Source: a virus
Taxonomy: Duplodnaviria; Caudoviricetes
Strand: one strand, 5' to 3'
DNA: 42,224 nt
Virus record (IMG/VR): IMGVR_UViG_3300037424_002673
Coordinates: 1-42,224 of that record
The notes below the pieces were generated by a model, which did no database searches, was not told where the DNA came from, and saw nothing but the letters and a program-made list of their open reading frames with translations. Shown here piece by piece: positions 1 through 8,957 of this stretch. Every line of letters begins with the position of its first letter. Position 1 is the stretch's first letter. Both the position numbers and the translations under genes were made by a program.

Positions 1-91
1 AAGAGGCGCTCGCGGAGAGGTACGGACTCTGACGTGGCGACCCGTGGTCAGTCAGGACGTGATCTTTGGACTGAATCGGCTTTGGAATCAT
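1..91 (-). CDS. 5' part of the next gene in the replication operon (runs off the window), product unknown
   Basis: ATG at 91 overlaps the helicase stop codon (ATGA). The frame MIPKPIQSKDHVLTDHGSPRQSPYLSASAS stays open to base 1. Confidence 0.4.
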   Translation of the reverse strand, partial: MIPKPIQSKDHVLTDHGSPRQSPYLSASAS

Positions 92-2235
92 GCCGCAGCC
101 TCCTGCAACTGCTGCGACCGCGACGCCCAGAGACTCAACCAGGTCCGTCGCTTAATGTTCCGCACCTGACCCGCCGCCCGACGTAACCCGTAGTCATCGC
201 CGACCAGCACGCAGGTGTGGGCGGCGCGGGTCACTGCGGTGTAGAGCCAGTTGCGGTCCGCAAAAAAATGCGACTTGTGGCACAGCACCACGGCGCAAGG
301 GAACTCGCTACCCTGGGCCTTGTGCGCCGTCAGGGCGTACGCCAGTTCCACCGACTTGGCCTTGTTCCAGTCGACCTCGACGTCGTCCTTGCCTTCGAAG
401 TCGATCACCAATCCGCTCTTGCCCACCTCCCGCACGAAGCCGATCGTGCCGTTCATCACGCCCAGCTCGTAGTCGTTGCGCGTCTGAATGACCTTATCCC
501 CCGCCCCCGGAAGTGATCGCCCGGGCTTGCTTTCCTCCAACGTCCCATTCCGGGGGCGGAGCAGATACTGCATCATCTGATTGAGCGACCGTGTGCCCAA
601 CGGGCCACGGTGCTCCGGTGTGATGATCTGTACGTCATGAACGGGATCGAATCCGAACTGCTTCGGGATGTCCGTCAGGACCAGGTCACGCAGCCAATGC
701 TTGATGGCCTGGGCATCGCGGAAGCGATTGGCGACCACCCACCGCGACTGGTCGTCGGTGGCAGTCGGTGCCAATTGACCCTTCAAGACGCCGACACTGT
801 TGGTCTTCAATACGCCGGCCTGGCGATGGACCTTCGTCATGACTGTCGCCGGCACCAGGTTGTGCTGGATCAAGTCGCGCAGCACGTTGCCGGGGCCGAC
901 TGGCGGCAACTGGTTGTGATCGCCGACGAGGATCAGGCGGGTTTTCCGGGGGTCGATGTGGCGCAGCAATTCGGCCATGAGGGGCACGTCGACCATCGAC
1001 ACCTCGTCGATGATGACCACGTCCGCCGGCAGAATGTCTTCGCGGTACTCGATGCCGTTGTAGCCCAACAGGCGGTGGATCGTGGACGCGGACAGATCGA
1101 CGCCGTGGGCGCGCAGCAACTGCTCGATGCGTTTGGCGGCCTTGCCTGTCGGGGCGGCGAGACTGACGACCAGCCCCGCCTCCTGGAATCGGCGGGCCAG
1201 TCGGGCCACCACGTAGGTCTTGCCGGTGCCCGCGCCGCCGGAAATCACGGCGATGCGATTGGTGACCGCCGTCTCGAACGCCTCGCGTTGATCATCGCTG
1301 AGATCGTCCTCGGGACGACAGGTCAAAACGTCGGGCATCTCGTCGTCTGCTCGTTGATCGTGTCGGAGCGCCGCTTCGATCAACTGCTCAGCGCGATAAA
1401 GCCAGGGCAACGTCACGGCGCAGCCGTCGGCGATCAGGTCGCCGCTGGCGATCAGCCGATTGCCCGCCGCCTGGATCAGATCGCGGCTGTCAAGCGTGTC
1501 GATCACCAACGCCTCGTTCGCCTGCGTCACCAGCTCACTGCCGAGGGTCCATGTGTGGCCATTATCGATCTGCTGCGCGACACAGTACGACAGCGCCGCT
1601 TCGATCCGGCCCGGATGCGTCTTGGCGATCCCGAGCTTCAGGGCGATCTGGTCGACCTTCTTGAAGCCGTAGCCGGCCAGGTGCTTGATGAGCAGGTAAG
1701 GATCGTGTTTGAGCATCGAGACGATGCTGGTGCCGAATTTCTCCAGCAGCGTCTGCATCTGGTGCGGGGTGAGGCCGAAGCCCGCGAGGTAAGAGCGGAC
1801 GGCATTCTCCCCGGCGTGCTGGTTCCACGATTCAGCCAAGGCCTCGAGCGTCTTGCGCGGTACACCCGCAGCGACGAAATCATCCAACCGACTGCGCAGG
1901 GCTTCGCTGAGGTCTTCACCATCCGCAAGTACGTCCACAATCCGCTCGGCGCTCTTCAAACCCACGCCGACGAAAGCCGGGTGCTTTGACAGGTAGTTGA
2001 TCAACCCCTCGCGGGTCTGCGGCAGTTCATAGTCGAGCTGCTTGATCTCGAACTGATGGCCGTACTTGGGGTCCACCGTCCACTGCCCGATCGCCGACAG
2101 CCGGTCGCCTTCGGCCGCATACATCCGCCCGCGGAACCGCACCTGTGTTCCGTCGTCGGTGGCGATCACGCCCGCCGAGAACTGCGCGTCGCTGTAGTAG
2201 GTCTTTACGACCGTGCCGTGGATCGTCTGACTCAC
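88..2235 (-). CDS. recD2: RecD2/TraA-like SF1B ATP-dependent DNA helicase
   Basis: 715 aa. N-terminal OB and HhH region (GVGLKSAERI, GYGFKKVD), Walker A GGAGTGKT, IIDEVSMVD, LVGDHNQLPPVGPG, AYALTAHKAQGSEF, LYTAVTRA. Confidence 0.92.
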   Translation of the reverse strand: MSQTIHGTVVKTYYSDAQFSAGVIATDDGTQVRFRGRMYAAEGDRLSAIGQWTVDPKYGHQFEIKQLDYELPQTREGLINYLSKHPAFVGVGLKSAERIVDVLADGEDLSEALRSRLDDFVAAGVPRKTLEALAESWNQHAGENAVRSYLAGFGLTPHQMQTLLEKFGTSIVSMLKHDPYLLIKHLAGYGFKKVDQIALKLGIAKTHPGRIEAALSYCVAQQIDNGHTWTLGSELVTQANEALVIDTLDSRDLIQAAGNRLIASGDLIADGCAVTLPWLYRAEQLIEAALRHDQRADDEMPDVLTCRPEDDLSDDQREAFETAVTNRIAVISGGAGTGKTYVVARLARRFQEAGLVVSLAAPTGKAAKRIEQLLRAHGVDLSASTIHRLLGYNGIEYREDILPADVVIIDEVSMVDVPLMAELLRHIDPRKTRLILVGDHNQLPPVGPGNVLRDLIQHNLVPATVMTKVHRQAGVLKTNSVGVLKGQLAPTATDDQSRWVVANRFRDAQAIKHWLRDLVLTDIPKQFGFDPVHDVQIITPEHRGPLGTRSLNQMMQYLLRPRNGTLEESKPGRSLPGAGDKVIQTRNDYELGVMNGTIGFVREVGKSGLVIDFEGKDDVEVDWNKAKSVELAYALTAHKAQGSEFPCAVVLCHKSHFFADRNWLYTAVTRAAHTCVLVGDDYGLRRAAGQVRNIKRRTWLSLWASRSQQLQEAAA

Positions 2236-2666
2236 GCCGCCACCCCCTCACGCACAGCCATCCGCAGAAACGCCTCGGTGAACGCGCAGGCGGCCTGGCG
2301 ACTGCCGCACCAGTAGACGGGGATGCGGTGGTGCACGGCGACGTGTAAGGCCGCACCCAGCACGGCCGTCGGCGTCACCAGTCGCAGGTCCGACTGGCGC
2401 AAGCCACGCAGCACCTGGTCCAGGTCAGCCTCAACGACGACGCAGGCGAACGGGCAGGCCGACAGCTTGGCCAGCTCGTTGCGAAAACGAGGTGCGTCGT
2501 GGATGACAGTGTGGACGAAGTCCGGCAGGCTCTTGCGCTCCACCGCGATGCGATGCTCATGCCCGGCAACCGAGTAGTCGCCGGCTTCGAGTTTGCGGAC
2601 CGAGGTGGAGCAGTCGAACGAGTACGGTTGCTGCTCGCGCGAATCGATGATGATCGTAAAGTCCAT
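2232..2666 (-). CDS. ERCC4/XPF-domain nuclease (stand-alone)
   Basis: IIIDSREQ, GDYS and VERKS..DF motifs. Start set to MDFTIII (2666) instead of the 2828 ORF start. Stop overlaps the helicase start. Confidence 0.88.
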   Translation of the reverse strand: MDFTIIIDSREQQPYSFDCSTSVRKLEAGDYSVAGHEHRIAVERKSLPDFVHTVIHDAPRFRNELAKLSACPFACVVVEADLDQVLRGLRQSDLRLVTPTAVLGAALHVAVHHRIPVYWCGSRQAACAFTEAFLRMAVREGVAA

Positions 2667-2828
2667 GGGCGCGTCCGCTTTGCAGGCTGTCTGCGTTCCG
2701 TGTGAAAAGCCGACCCCTGACCCCGAGACCTCCGGGACCCCGGAAGGGAGACGAGGCCAGGGGCGGCCCCACGACTGACGCTGGCTTGAACGGGAGCCGA
2801 TCAACCAAACGTCGCTGAAATGCATCAC

Positions 2829-3431
2829 TCAAAACGGCGTCGGCTCATCGCTGGCCAGACCCAAGCCTTCGCTGGAGAGGCCTTCGAGCCGCCGGTTGAA
2901 GTAGACGTTGGTGTACTCGCCGCGCGTGCGCTTGGTGATCTCCAGCGTCTGGTCGAGTAGCGCCTCCAGGTGATTGGGCAGGTCGCTGAACTTGCCCAAC
3001 TGCACGCCAAGCGTGTGCAGATCGCCCTTGACGAACGGCAGCGACTTGTGCGTGATTACCGCGTTCTTGAACACGTGGCGGCCTGCGTGTTGACCGGACA
3101 ACACCACCAGGTCCCATTTGAGCATCGCGTCGCCTGCCTGGCTGGTGCCCAGCGCCGCGCGCTGCACGCGAACCTGGTATTTGCCGTCGGGCACCTCCTC
3201 GTAAGTCGGCACCTCGGCCTCGTCGTACTCGTCATCGAAGACGCTCAGATCGCTGACCCCCGGAAGTTCCCCCGCCCCCGGCCCCGGAGTCGGGTCATTG
3301 AACGCTTCGTGCTCGGCGGGGCTGGCGTCGAAGCCGGCACCGTCCGCCACAGGCGGCGTCGCGCCAGCGGGGTTGGCCGGATCGAAGGCGGGTTCGTTGG
3401 TCGTCGTGACGGTCATTGAAGGATCAGTCAT
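2829..3431 (-). CDS. DUF669-family protein (putative phage single-strand DNA-binding protein)
   Basis: VPDGKYQVRV...SQAGDAMLKWDLVVLSGQHAGRHVF, acidic tail ending EPTPF as in SSB tails, located next to an AAA_24 ATPase. Confidence 0.75.
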   Translation of the reverse strand: MTDPSMTVTTTNEPAFDPANPAGATPPVADGAGFDASPAEHEAFNDPTPGPGAGELPGVSDLSVFDDEYDEAEVPTYEEVPDGKYQVRVQRAALGTSQAGDAMLKWDLVVLSGQHAGRHVFKNAVITHKSLPFVKGDLHTLGVQLGKFSDLPNHLEALLDQTLEITKRTRGEYTNVYFNRRLEGLSSEGLGLASDEPTPF

Positions 3432-3436
3432 GGCAG

Positions 3437-4240
3437 TTACTCCTTGCTGGAAGGTTGCGGTTGTGCGGTGGGCGCAGCGCCGTCGGACTTGCCCGGCGTG
3501 GCGAAGTGGCTGGCGAACGCGGCGAAATCCAGCGGCATCACCTCGGGTAGACGGCCCGTGCGATCACCGGCCTCGTAGGTCGGGTGAGGCTTGGTGCGGA
3601 TGATGCGAACGATCTCACTACCCTTGCCGCCCCCGGAAGTGCCGCCCCCGGAAGTACCGCCCCCCGAACTGTTGGCTCGCGGGCGTGACACGGTGTCGCA
3701 GTACAGGATCATGTCCACCAGGCCCAACACGACATGACGGGCGCGGTCGGGCAGGGATGGCTGGGTCTTGCTGTATTTGCCGGTGCGGGTTTCGATCTGC
3801 TTGTCCGTCGCGTGGCTGATCAGCACCAGGCCCACCGGCAGATTGGCCAGGCGCGTCAGCACCCGGTGCCATTCATTCTTGACGAACGCCCACCCCTTGC
3901 CGTGATCGAGATCACCCTCGTACTCGACGTTGTGCTTGGCGTTGACGTGGTCGGTACAGTACTTGAAGGCGTTATCGATCGTGTCGATGACCACGGTCTT
4001 GAAGGGGTGGTTGCCGGTGGCGACCAGCTTGCACGCATCGAGCAGGTCGGACCAGTTGTAGGTGGGCACCTTGTAGACCGACAACTCGCCCAGGCCCGGC
4101 TCGCATTCGAAAAACAATGCGTCGGGAAACTGCGCGGCGAAGCTCGACTTGCCAATCTTCGGCGGCCCGTAGATCAGGGTGGTCTTCGTCGACAGGTCGC
4201 CCGAGGGGGTCGTCTTGTTCGAGGGCAATGCAACAGTCAT
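3437..4240 (-). CDS. AAA_24 / Sak4-like phage NTP-binding recombination ATPase
   Basis: LIYGPPKIGKS Walker A, VVIDTID Walker B, LVLISH, YEAGDR. Confidence 0.85.
   Translation of the reverse strand: MTVALPSNKTTPSGDLSTKTTLIYGPPKIGKSSFAAQFPDALFFECEPGLGELSVYKVPTYNWSDLLDACKLVATGNHPFKTVVIDTIDNAFKYCTDHVNAKHNVEYEGDLDHGKGWAFVKNEWHRVLTRLANLPVGLVLISHATDKQIETRTGKYSKTQPSLPDRARHVVLGLVDMILYCDTVSRPRANSSGGGTSGGGTSGGGKGSEIVRIIRTKPHPTYEAGDRTGRLPEVMPLDFAAFASHFATPGKSDGAAPTAQPQPSSKE
3626..3670. repeat. About 3 copies of a 15-bp tandem repeat inside the ATPase gene, encoding SSGGG-TSGGG-TSGGG
   Basis: gccgcccccggaagt twice, then the degenerate accgccccccgaact. Confidence 0.8.
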
Positions 4241-4307
4241 GTCGTGGTCTCCCTCCGGAAGTTGGCTACGAAAGTCGCCAGAGTTCCGGGCATACGGGGT
4301 AGTAGAT

Positions 4308-5489
4308 TCACCAGTCGCCGTCGGTCGCGCCGACGGTCAGTTCCGCCAGTTCCTCGTGGGGCGGGGCGACCTCGTAGAGGTTGTCGCGCACGTTGGGGCT
4401 GAAACCCGACTGGCACAGCGGCAGGTAGTCGCACGCCCGCTGGTAGCTGAAGCAATTCGAGGTGTTGAGCAGCCACTTACCCCGGCGGCGGGCGTCGAGA
4501 TACTGCTGCGTGATCTCCCAGACCTCTTCCTGCAGCATCGCCATGCGATCGGCTGACAGATAGATGCGCTCGCGATGGAACGCCTCAGGCCGCGCATACC
4601 AATCCGCCAGGCGTCCCCGAAACTCTGTGTCTGATTCCGGGGGCTGGCGTTTGGCAGTCGAGCGGCCGGACTTGTTCTTCGCGGCCAGCGCCGCACGCCG
4701 GGCTTCGTACTCTTCCAGCGTCTCGCCTTCGCGCTGCTTGAGGCGCGTCTTAAGCAGCACGTTGTAGATCACGCCGACGATCGGATAGCCGATCTCGCGC
4801 AGGTAGTGGCAGTACAACGCGATCTGCGTGTCGGTCCACAGGCGGTCGAGGTAATCGGAGGTGATGGCCGATGCGGTTTTGTGTTCCAAGAGGTAGAGTT
4901 CGCCACCGAGGCGCACGATGCCGTCGGCCTTGCCGGCCATGATGAACGTCTGGCTGGGCCGGCCGGTGTCCGGATTGCGAATCTCTGCGGTAAATTCCTT
5001 CTCGATTTCGACGATCTGGAAGTCTTCGGTCGGATAGCGCTGGGCGTATCCCTCGAACATCGCCCGCGCCAGATGCCAGCGGTACTTCTGTTCGGGATCG
5101 TTGGCCCGGCCAGGGAACTGGTCATCGATCAGGTCGAGGACCTTCAAGAGTCGGTGCGCGTCGTCGACGGTGCGATACCATTGCTCGAGTGCGGCGTGAA
5201 TCACGCTGCCGAAGGCGAGGGCATCGGGCCGTTCGGGACGCCGCAGTTGATCGATGTACCGCAGCTTGTACTTCCGCGGGCAGTTGCGGAAGCAATTCAG
5301 CGCCGAGTAGGTCAGGACGTCGCGGTTGTTTCCGGGGGTTGTGGAAGTCGTGGTGTTCATGGGCGTCGTGGTGTGGTTGGTGTTCCGCGGGCCAATTCCG
5401 GGGGCGGGGGCGGGGGCGGGGTAGATGTCGCGGGCATAGTCCCCCTGGCCGAGTCGCACGAGCGGGATGTCATCGGGCGACCCGTTCAT
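4308..5489 (-). CDS. PD-(D/E)XK exonuclease, Cas4/AddB/RecB-like with four-Cys cluster
   Basis: TYSALNCFRNCPRKY, GSVIH, GKADG, EHKT, QIALY, C-terminal CFSYQRACDYLPLC. Alternative start at 5360. Confidence 0.85.
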   Translation of the reverse strand: MNGSPDDIPLVRLGQGDYARDIYPAPAPAPGIGPRNTNHTTTPMNTTTSTTPGNNRDVLTYSALNCFRNCPRKYKLRYIDQLRRPERPDALAFGSVIHAALEQWYRTVDDAHRLLKVLDLIDDQFPGRANDPEQKYRWHLARAMFEGYAQRYPTEDFQIVEIEKEFTAEIRNPDTGRPSQTFIMAGKADGIVRLGGELYLLEHKTASAITSDYLDRLWTDTQIALYCHYLREIGYPIVGVIYNVLLKTRLKQREGETLEEYEARRAALAAKNKSGRSTAKRQPPESDTEFRGRLADWYARPEAFHRERIYLSADRMAMLQEEVWEITQQYLDARRRGKWLLNTSNCFSYQRACDYLPLCQSGFSPNVRDNLYEVAPPHEELAELTVGATDGDW

Positions 5490-5788
5490 GCGGCTTTCCC
5501 CAGGGGTGAGCGGTGAATCTGTGGAACGCGCCGGATGGCGAAGGCCTCGCGGCCGATTTCATGGAGCAGCAGCGCGATGAAGATGCGGAGCACGGCGCGA
5601 CCCACGGCGGTCGAGCCGTCGATATTCAGCGTCTGGCGCGGCTCATCGACGTGGTAGGCCATGTCCATCCGCACCTGGGCTTCGCCGAACAGACCCTCCG
5701 CGGCGAGGATCGCCAGGTGCAGCGTCTGCTCTGCGTCACTGACTTTTGCGGCACAGTTGATCGTGATGCGGTACACGTCGATGGTCAT
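5486..5788 (-). CDS. Hypothetical protein (100 aa)
   Basis: MTIDVYRITIN...LHLAILAAEGLFGEAQVRMD. GGAG upstream. Stop overlaps the nuclease start. Confidence 0.65.
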   Translation of the reverse strand: MTIDVYRITINCAAKVSDAEQTLHLAILAAEGLFGEAQVRMDMAYHVDEPRQTLNIDGSTAVGRAVLRIFIALLLHEIGREAFAIRRVPQIHRSPLGKAA

Positions 5789-5836
5789 CGCAGGTCTCCA
5801 AGTGATCGGGCACAAGTTGTCGGCCGACATCCCACA

Positions 5837-5962
5837 CTTCCGGGGGCCGGGGGCCCGGGGTGACCCGCCAAAGGAACTCCATCTCCACTGGCGGGCCACC
5901 CGATGGCGTCCTTGCCGTCGTGTTCCGGGTTTGCTTCCGGTGTTTGCTTCCGGGGGCCGGGG
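5837..5962. repeat. 16-bp exact direct repeat cttccgggggccgggg (5837-5852, 5947-5962) plus near-tandem gtttgcttccgg x2
   Basis: Read directly from the intergenic sequence. Confidence 0.75.
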
Positions 5963-6011
5963 CACTGGGTATGTATGCCGCCGTCCCTGTCGGCGTCCGA
6001 CGGTCACAACG

Positions 6012-6593
6012 TCACGCGGCACCCAAGCCGGCGTCTTCGAAGTGCTCCCGCATGCGTTTCAGCGCGTTGTCGATCTGCCGACGCGACACGCCACGCTGGC
6101 GGGCAGCGCCCGCCTTGCCGTGTTCCATCACCAGCGCGGCGATCTCGCGATCGTCAGCAGAGAGCCGGTCCATGGCCCACGCGAAGGCGTCTTGGGAATC
6201 GATGGCGTCGATGGGATCGGCGGGCAACTTGCCGGTCCGGCGGAACAGATCGTCGGTACTGATCTCGCTCCAGAGACTGAAGGTCTCGTTGTCGCCGGGC
6301 AGTTCGGTGCTCTCCAACGAGACGCGCTCCACATCGATCCGGCGTTTGTCGCGCCGGCGGTCCCGCAGGATCATCGCGATGCACGAGTTGATCGCGCGTG
6401 CGATGAACGTTTCCACGCGGGCTCGACTCGGATCGAAGAGGTGCCCGACCTTCAGGAGATACATCTTCATCTCCTGATGCAGGTCCTCCAGATCCGATCG
6501 GCTGAAGTCGGCACGCCGGCAAAGCTGACGGGCCTTAATGCGGATGAGAGACTGTGCGTACGGGTTCGAAACGACGTCGTGGCTCGAGGCCAT
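6012..6593 (-). CDS. Sigma-70 family (ECF-like) RNA polymerase sigma factor
   Basis: Region 2 DLEDLHQE...FDPSRARVETFIAR. Region 4 LSADDREIA...AARQRGVSRRQIDNALKRMR. Confidence 0.8.
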   Translation of the reverse strand: MASSHDVVSNPYAQSLIRIKARQLCRRADFSRSDLEDLHQEMKMYLLKVGHLFDPSRARVETFIARAINSCIAMILRDRRRDKRRIDVERVSLESTELPGDNETFSLWSEISTDDLFRRTGKLPADPIDAIDSQDAFAWAMDRLSADDREIAALVMEHGKAGAARQRGVSRRQIDNALKRMREHFEDAGLGAA

Positions 6594-6759
6594 GGTTACC
6601 TCGAGGCCGGTCGATTTGCTCCCGGACCAGCCGCCGAACGCACAATCATCGGTCTGTGCCGCGACACCTTGCCGCGAGAATCACAGGTGCGGTAGGGGCT
6701 GACCGGTTTTGAGCCGATCCGGCCTCGACCGTCGCCCCGGGTGTCGCGGTTGGCGCATA

Positions 6760-6784
6760 GAAAAGGCGGACGCGAGGCCCGCCT
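6760..6784 (-). terminator. Intrinsic terminator-like hairpin in the leader of the sigma gene
   Basis: Minus strand reads AGGCGG-gcctcgcgt-CCGCCT followed by TTTC. Confidence 0.5.
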
Positions 6785-6814
6785 GAAGCGTGGTAAGTGA
6801 CTGGAATGCCTTGA

Positions 6815-7786
6815 CTAACGGTAAGTGAGAACTTTTTTCTGCCTGTCGCGGCGTTGCGACGCGACAGTCCTGGCGACCGAGGATGAGTCTGAATCCTCCA
6901 TGACTTCGGCAATGCCCCCGCGTCGTTCAACCGCGCGTCGTACTTTGTCCTTGGTGATCGGTTCGCCGGTCTGATCCGTCAACGCGTCTGCCGCTTTGCG
7001 GTACGAACCGTGCTGCTTGTATGCCGCGGCCAGGACGTCGTCCCAATCCTTCGACTTGAGTTGCGCCGTCACCTGCCGGCGAACGGTTTGCTTCTTCACC
7101 TCAGGATCAACGGGCAGCGACGAGCGTGCCTCGGCTCGGGCGTCGGCGTCCCTGACGGTCTCGCTGATCACCGTCACATCCAGTTCGATGCCCTGCGTCG
7201 TGAATGTCGTGACCCGCGACAGTGCGACGACCGCCGGCACATGGCCGGGCCAGATTCGTTCGTCCGGCGCTTCACCAGGTACGAACACAATGGCCCGTCC
7301 GCCTGAACCTAGATGAGCCGTGACCGATGCCGCATCGGCGTCGCCTAGTCGAGTCGCCAACACCACCTCGCGCGTTGTCTTCTTCCAAGGCGTGCGCCCC
7401 AGTCGCCAGAGCCGACCGGGGACCATCGCCTTCGGCACGGACTTCAGGTCCATGGCGGCGGATACGGCCTTGGCCAGACCGTCGCCGTCGACCTGCCACC
7501 CGATGCACATCTCAGCGGTCACTTCGACGCGCATCGACTCCGGGCATCGGATGAAATACCGCGCCGTTCCATCGGAGGACTGTCGAATCGTGACCGGCTC
7601 GATGTGCGCTTCGTGGCAGTTCGGGCATGGCGCGTGGAGGCCGCTGGGGGCCTGACGCACCAGCCCGAGGTGTTTCAAAGCCTCCAACTTGCCCGGCGGC
7701 CAGCGGGAGGTGTCATCGTGATCGAACACGCGCCCGACATCATCGAGCGCGTTCAGCAGTACCGCGAACACATCACTGCGCGTCAT
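6815..7786 (-). CDS. Hypothetical protein with Cys/His Zn-ribbon-like motif and C-terminal HTH-like segment
   Basis: CPNCHEAH...CPE. C-terminal GSYRKAADALTDQTGEPITKDKVRRAV. Overlaps the upstream gene. Confidence 0.7.
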   Translation of the reverse strand: MTRSDVFAVLLNALDDVGRVFDHDDTSRWPPGKLEALKHLGLVRQAPSGLHAPCPNCHEAHIEPVTIRQSSDGTARYFIRCPESMRVEVTAEMCIGWQVDGDGLAKAVSAAMDLKSVPKAMVPGRLWRLGRTPWKKTTREVVLATRLGDADAASVTAHLGSGGRAIVFVPGEAPDERIWPGHVPAVVALSRVTTFTTQGIELDVTVISETVRDADARAEARSSLPVDPEVKKQTVRRQVTAQLKSKDWDDVLAAAYKQHGSYRKAADALTDQTGEPITKDKVRRAVERRGGIAEVMEDSDSSSVARTVASQRRDRQKKVLTYR

Positions 7787-8957
7787 CTTGCGTTACCTCC
7801 CACAGCTTCAGGCAGCGATCGGCAACTTCACGCTGCTCATCGGGCTTGCTCTTGAGGTTGCTGGAGTTGGGCGTCACATCGAAAGGCATCGTCGGTTGGC
7901 GGCCGTGCCCGTTGCCCTGGAACTTCAGGAGGAAGGACGCCTTGACGACACGCGCCCCTTCGACCGCGACGCCGGCCTTGAGCCATCGCTCGATCTTGCG
8001 GTAGATGTCGTTGCGATTTCCCTTGAGATCGGCCTTGATCTCGATGTACCCGCCGCAACCGGGCGGAGCGATGCGGAGCAGCGTGATCCGCGCTTCCTCC
8101 ACACCGTCCGCCGGATCGATGGGCAGCGGAAAGTCGGGCGTGAGCAGATGGTCGAGCTGGTATGCCGGCCGCATGGGATCAGCCGGATCGATCTGTTCAT
8201 CCAGCACCGCCTCGCAGAACGCAGTCTGCAGCGGCTCCCACAGTTTCTTGCCGCCTTCGGCGTACAGCTCCATCGAACCGTCGCCTTCGTTGTAGACGAA
8301 CACGTTCTCGAACGCGTAGCGATCGGCACGCACGATGGGCTGATCACTGTTGCCATCGAAAACCAGATGCTTGTCCGGGTAGTCGTCGAGGTAGGCGAAG
8401 AAGTAGTCGCCACCCCCAGACCGGCGGTAGTGCGCGATGTGGCAATGACGCCCACGCATCTGCGTCGGCCCGTAGTACGAGGTCAGCGCCTCCGCCAGAC
8501 GGTCGCACATCTGCTGGTCGACGACAATTGTCTTCTTCGGCAGGCTGTTGCGGCGGTTCCAGTACCGGCCGGCTGCCAGTGCATCAGCGCGGGCGAACAT
8601 CGCCGCCTCATCGAAGGCCTCATGGACATTCAGGTAGACCCACATCGCGTTGTCCGCCTTGCTCATCTGCGCTTCGAACTCGGCGGCGCGTTCCGGGCAA
8701 CGCCAGAGGATTTCCTCGGCGAGCACGGCGCGGCCACGATGGTCGGCCAATTCATAGACATCGCGGAGGATGACCTGGACCTCGAGCTTCTTCGGCTCGT
8801 CCAACGCCTGCCAGGCCTCGAAGATCGCATCGATCTTGTGCTCGCTCAGGTCGTCCCAAGGCACATCATCCAGTTCGCCGCGCCGGCGGAAGAACTCGCG
8901 GAGCAGCGGGTTGGAGATTTGCTTGAGGACTTTTCGGGGTTCGAACGGCTTGGCCAT
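7773..8957 (-). CDS. Hypothetical protein (394 aa)
   Basis: Long ORF with natural composition and GGAG RBS. First gene of the leftward operon. Confidence 0.75.
   Translation of the reverse strand: MAKPFEPRKVLKQISNPLLREFFRRRGELDDVPWDDLSEHKIDAIFEAWQALDEPKKLEVQVILRDVYELADHRGRAVLAEEILWRCPERAAEFEAQMSKADNAMWVYLNVHEAFDEAAMFARADALAAGRYWNRRNSLPKKTIVVDQQMCDRLAEALTSYYGPTQMRGRHCHIAHYRRSGGGDYFFAYLDDYPDKHLVFDGNSDQPIVRADRYAFENVFVYNEGDGSMELYAEGGKKLWEPLQTAFCEAVLDEQIDPADPMRPAYQLDHLLTPDFPLPIDPADGVEEARITLLRIAPPGCGGYIEIKADLKGNRNDIYRKIERWLKAGVAVEGARVVKASFLLKFQGNGHGRQPTMPFDVTPNSSNLKSKPDEQREVADRCLKLWEVTQDDAQ

Noticed and set aside
610-1989. Long + strand ORFs (459 aa here, also 7788-9059, 12761-13993, 19572-20708) and 30195-31532 (-)
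   Set aside because: Antisense shadows of well-supported genes, as expected in high-GC DNA. They carry no motifs.
2667-2828. N-terminal extension of the ERCC4 ORF (likewise the extended starts at 6022, 11901, 15085, 17570, 19690, 23415 and 41923)
   Set aside because: Downstream starts give RBS or ATGA coupling and match the domain boundaries.
4308-5489. Cas4 as part of a CRISPR-Cas locus
   Set aside because: No cas1/cas2 genes or repeat-spacer array in the window, and the context is phage recombination.
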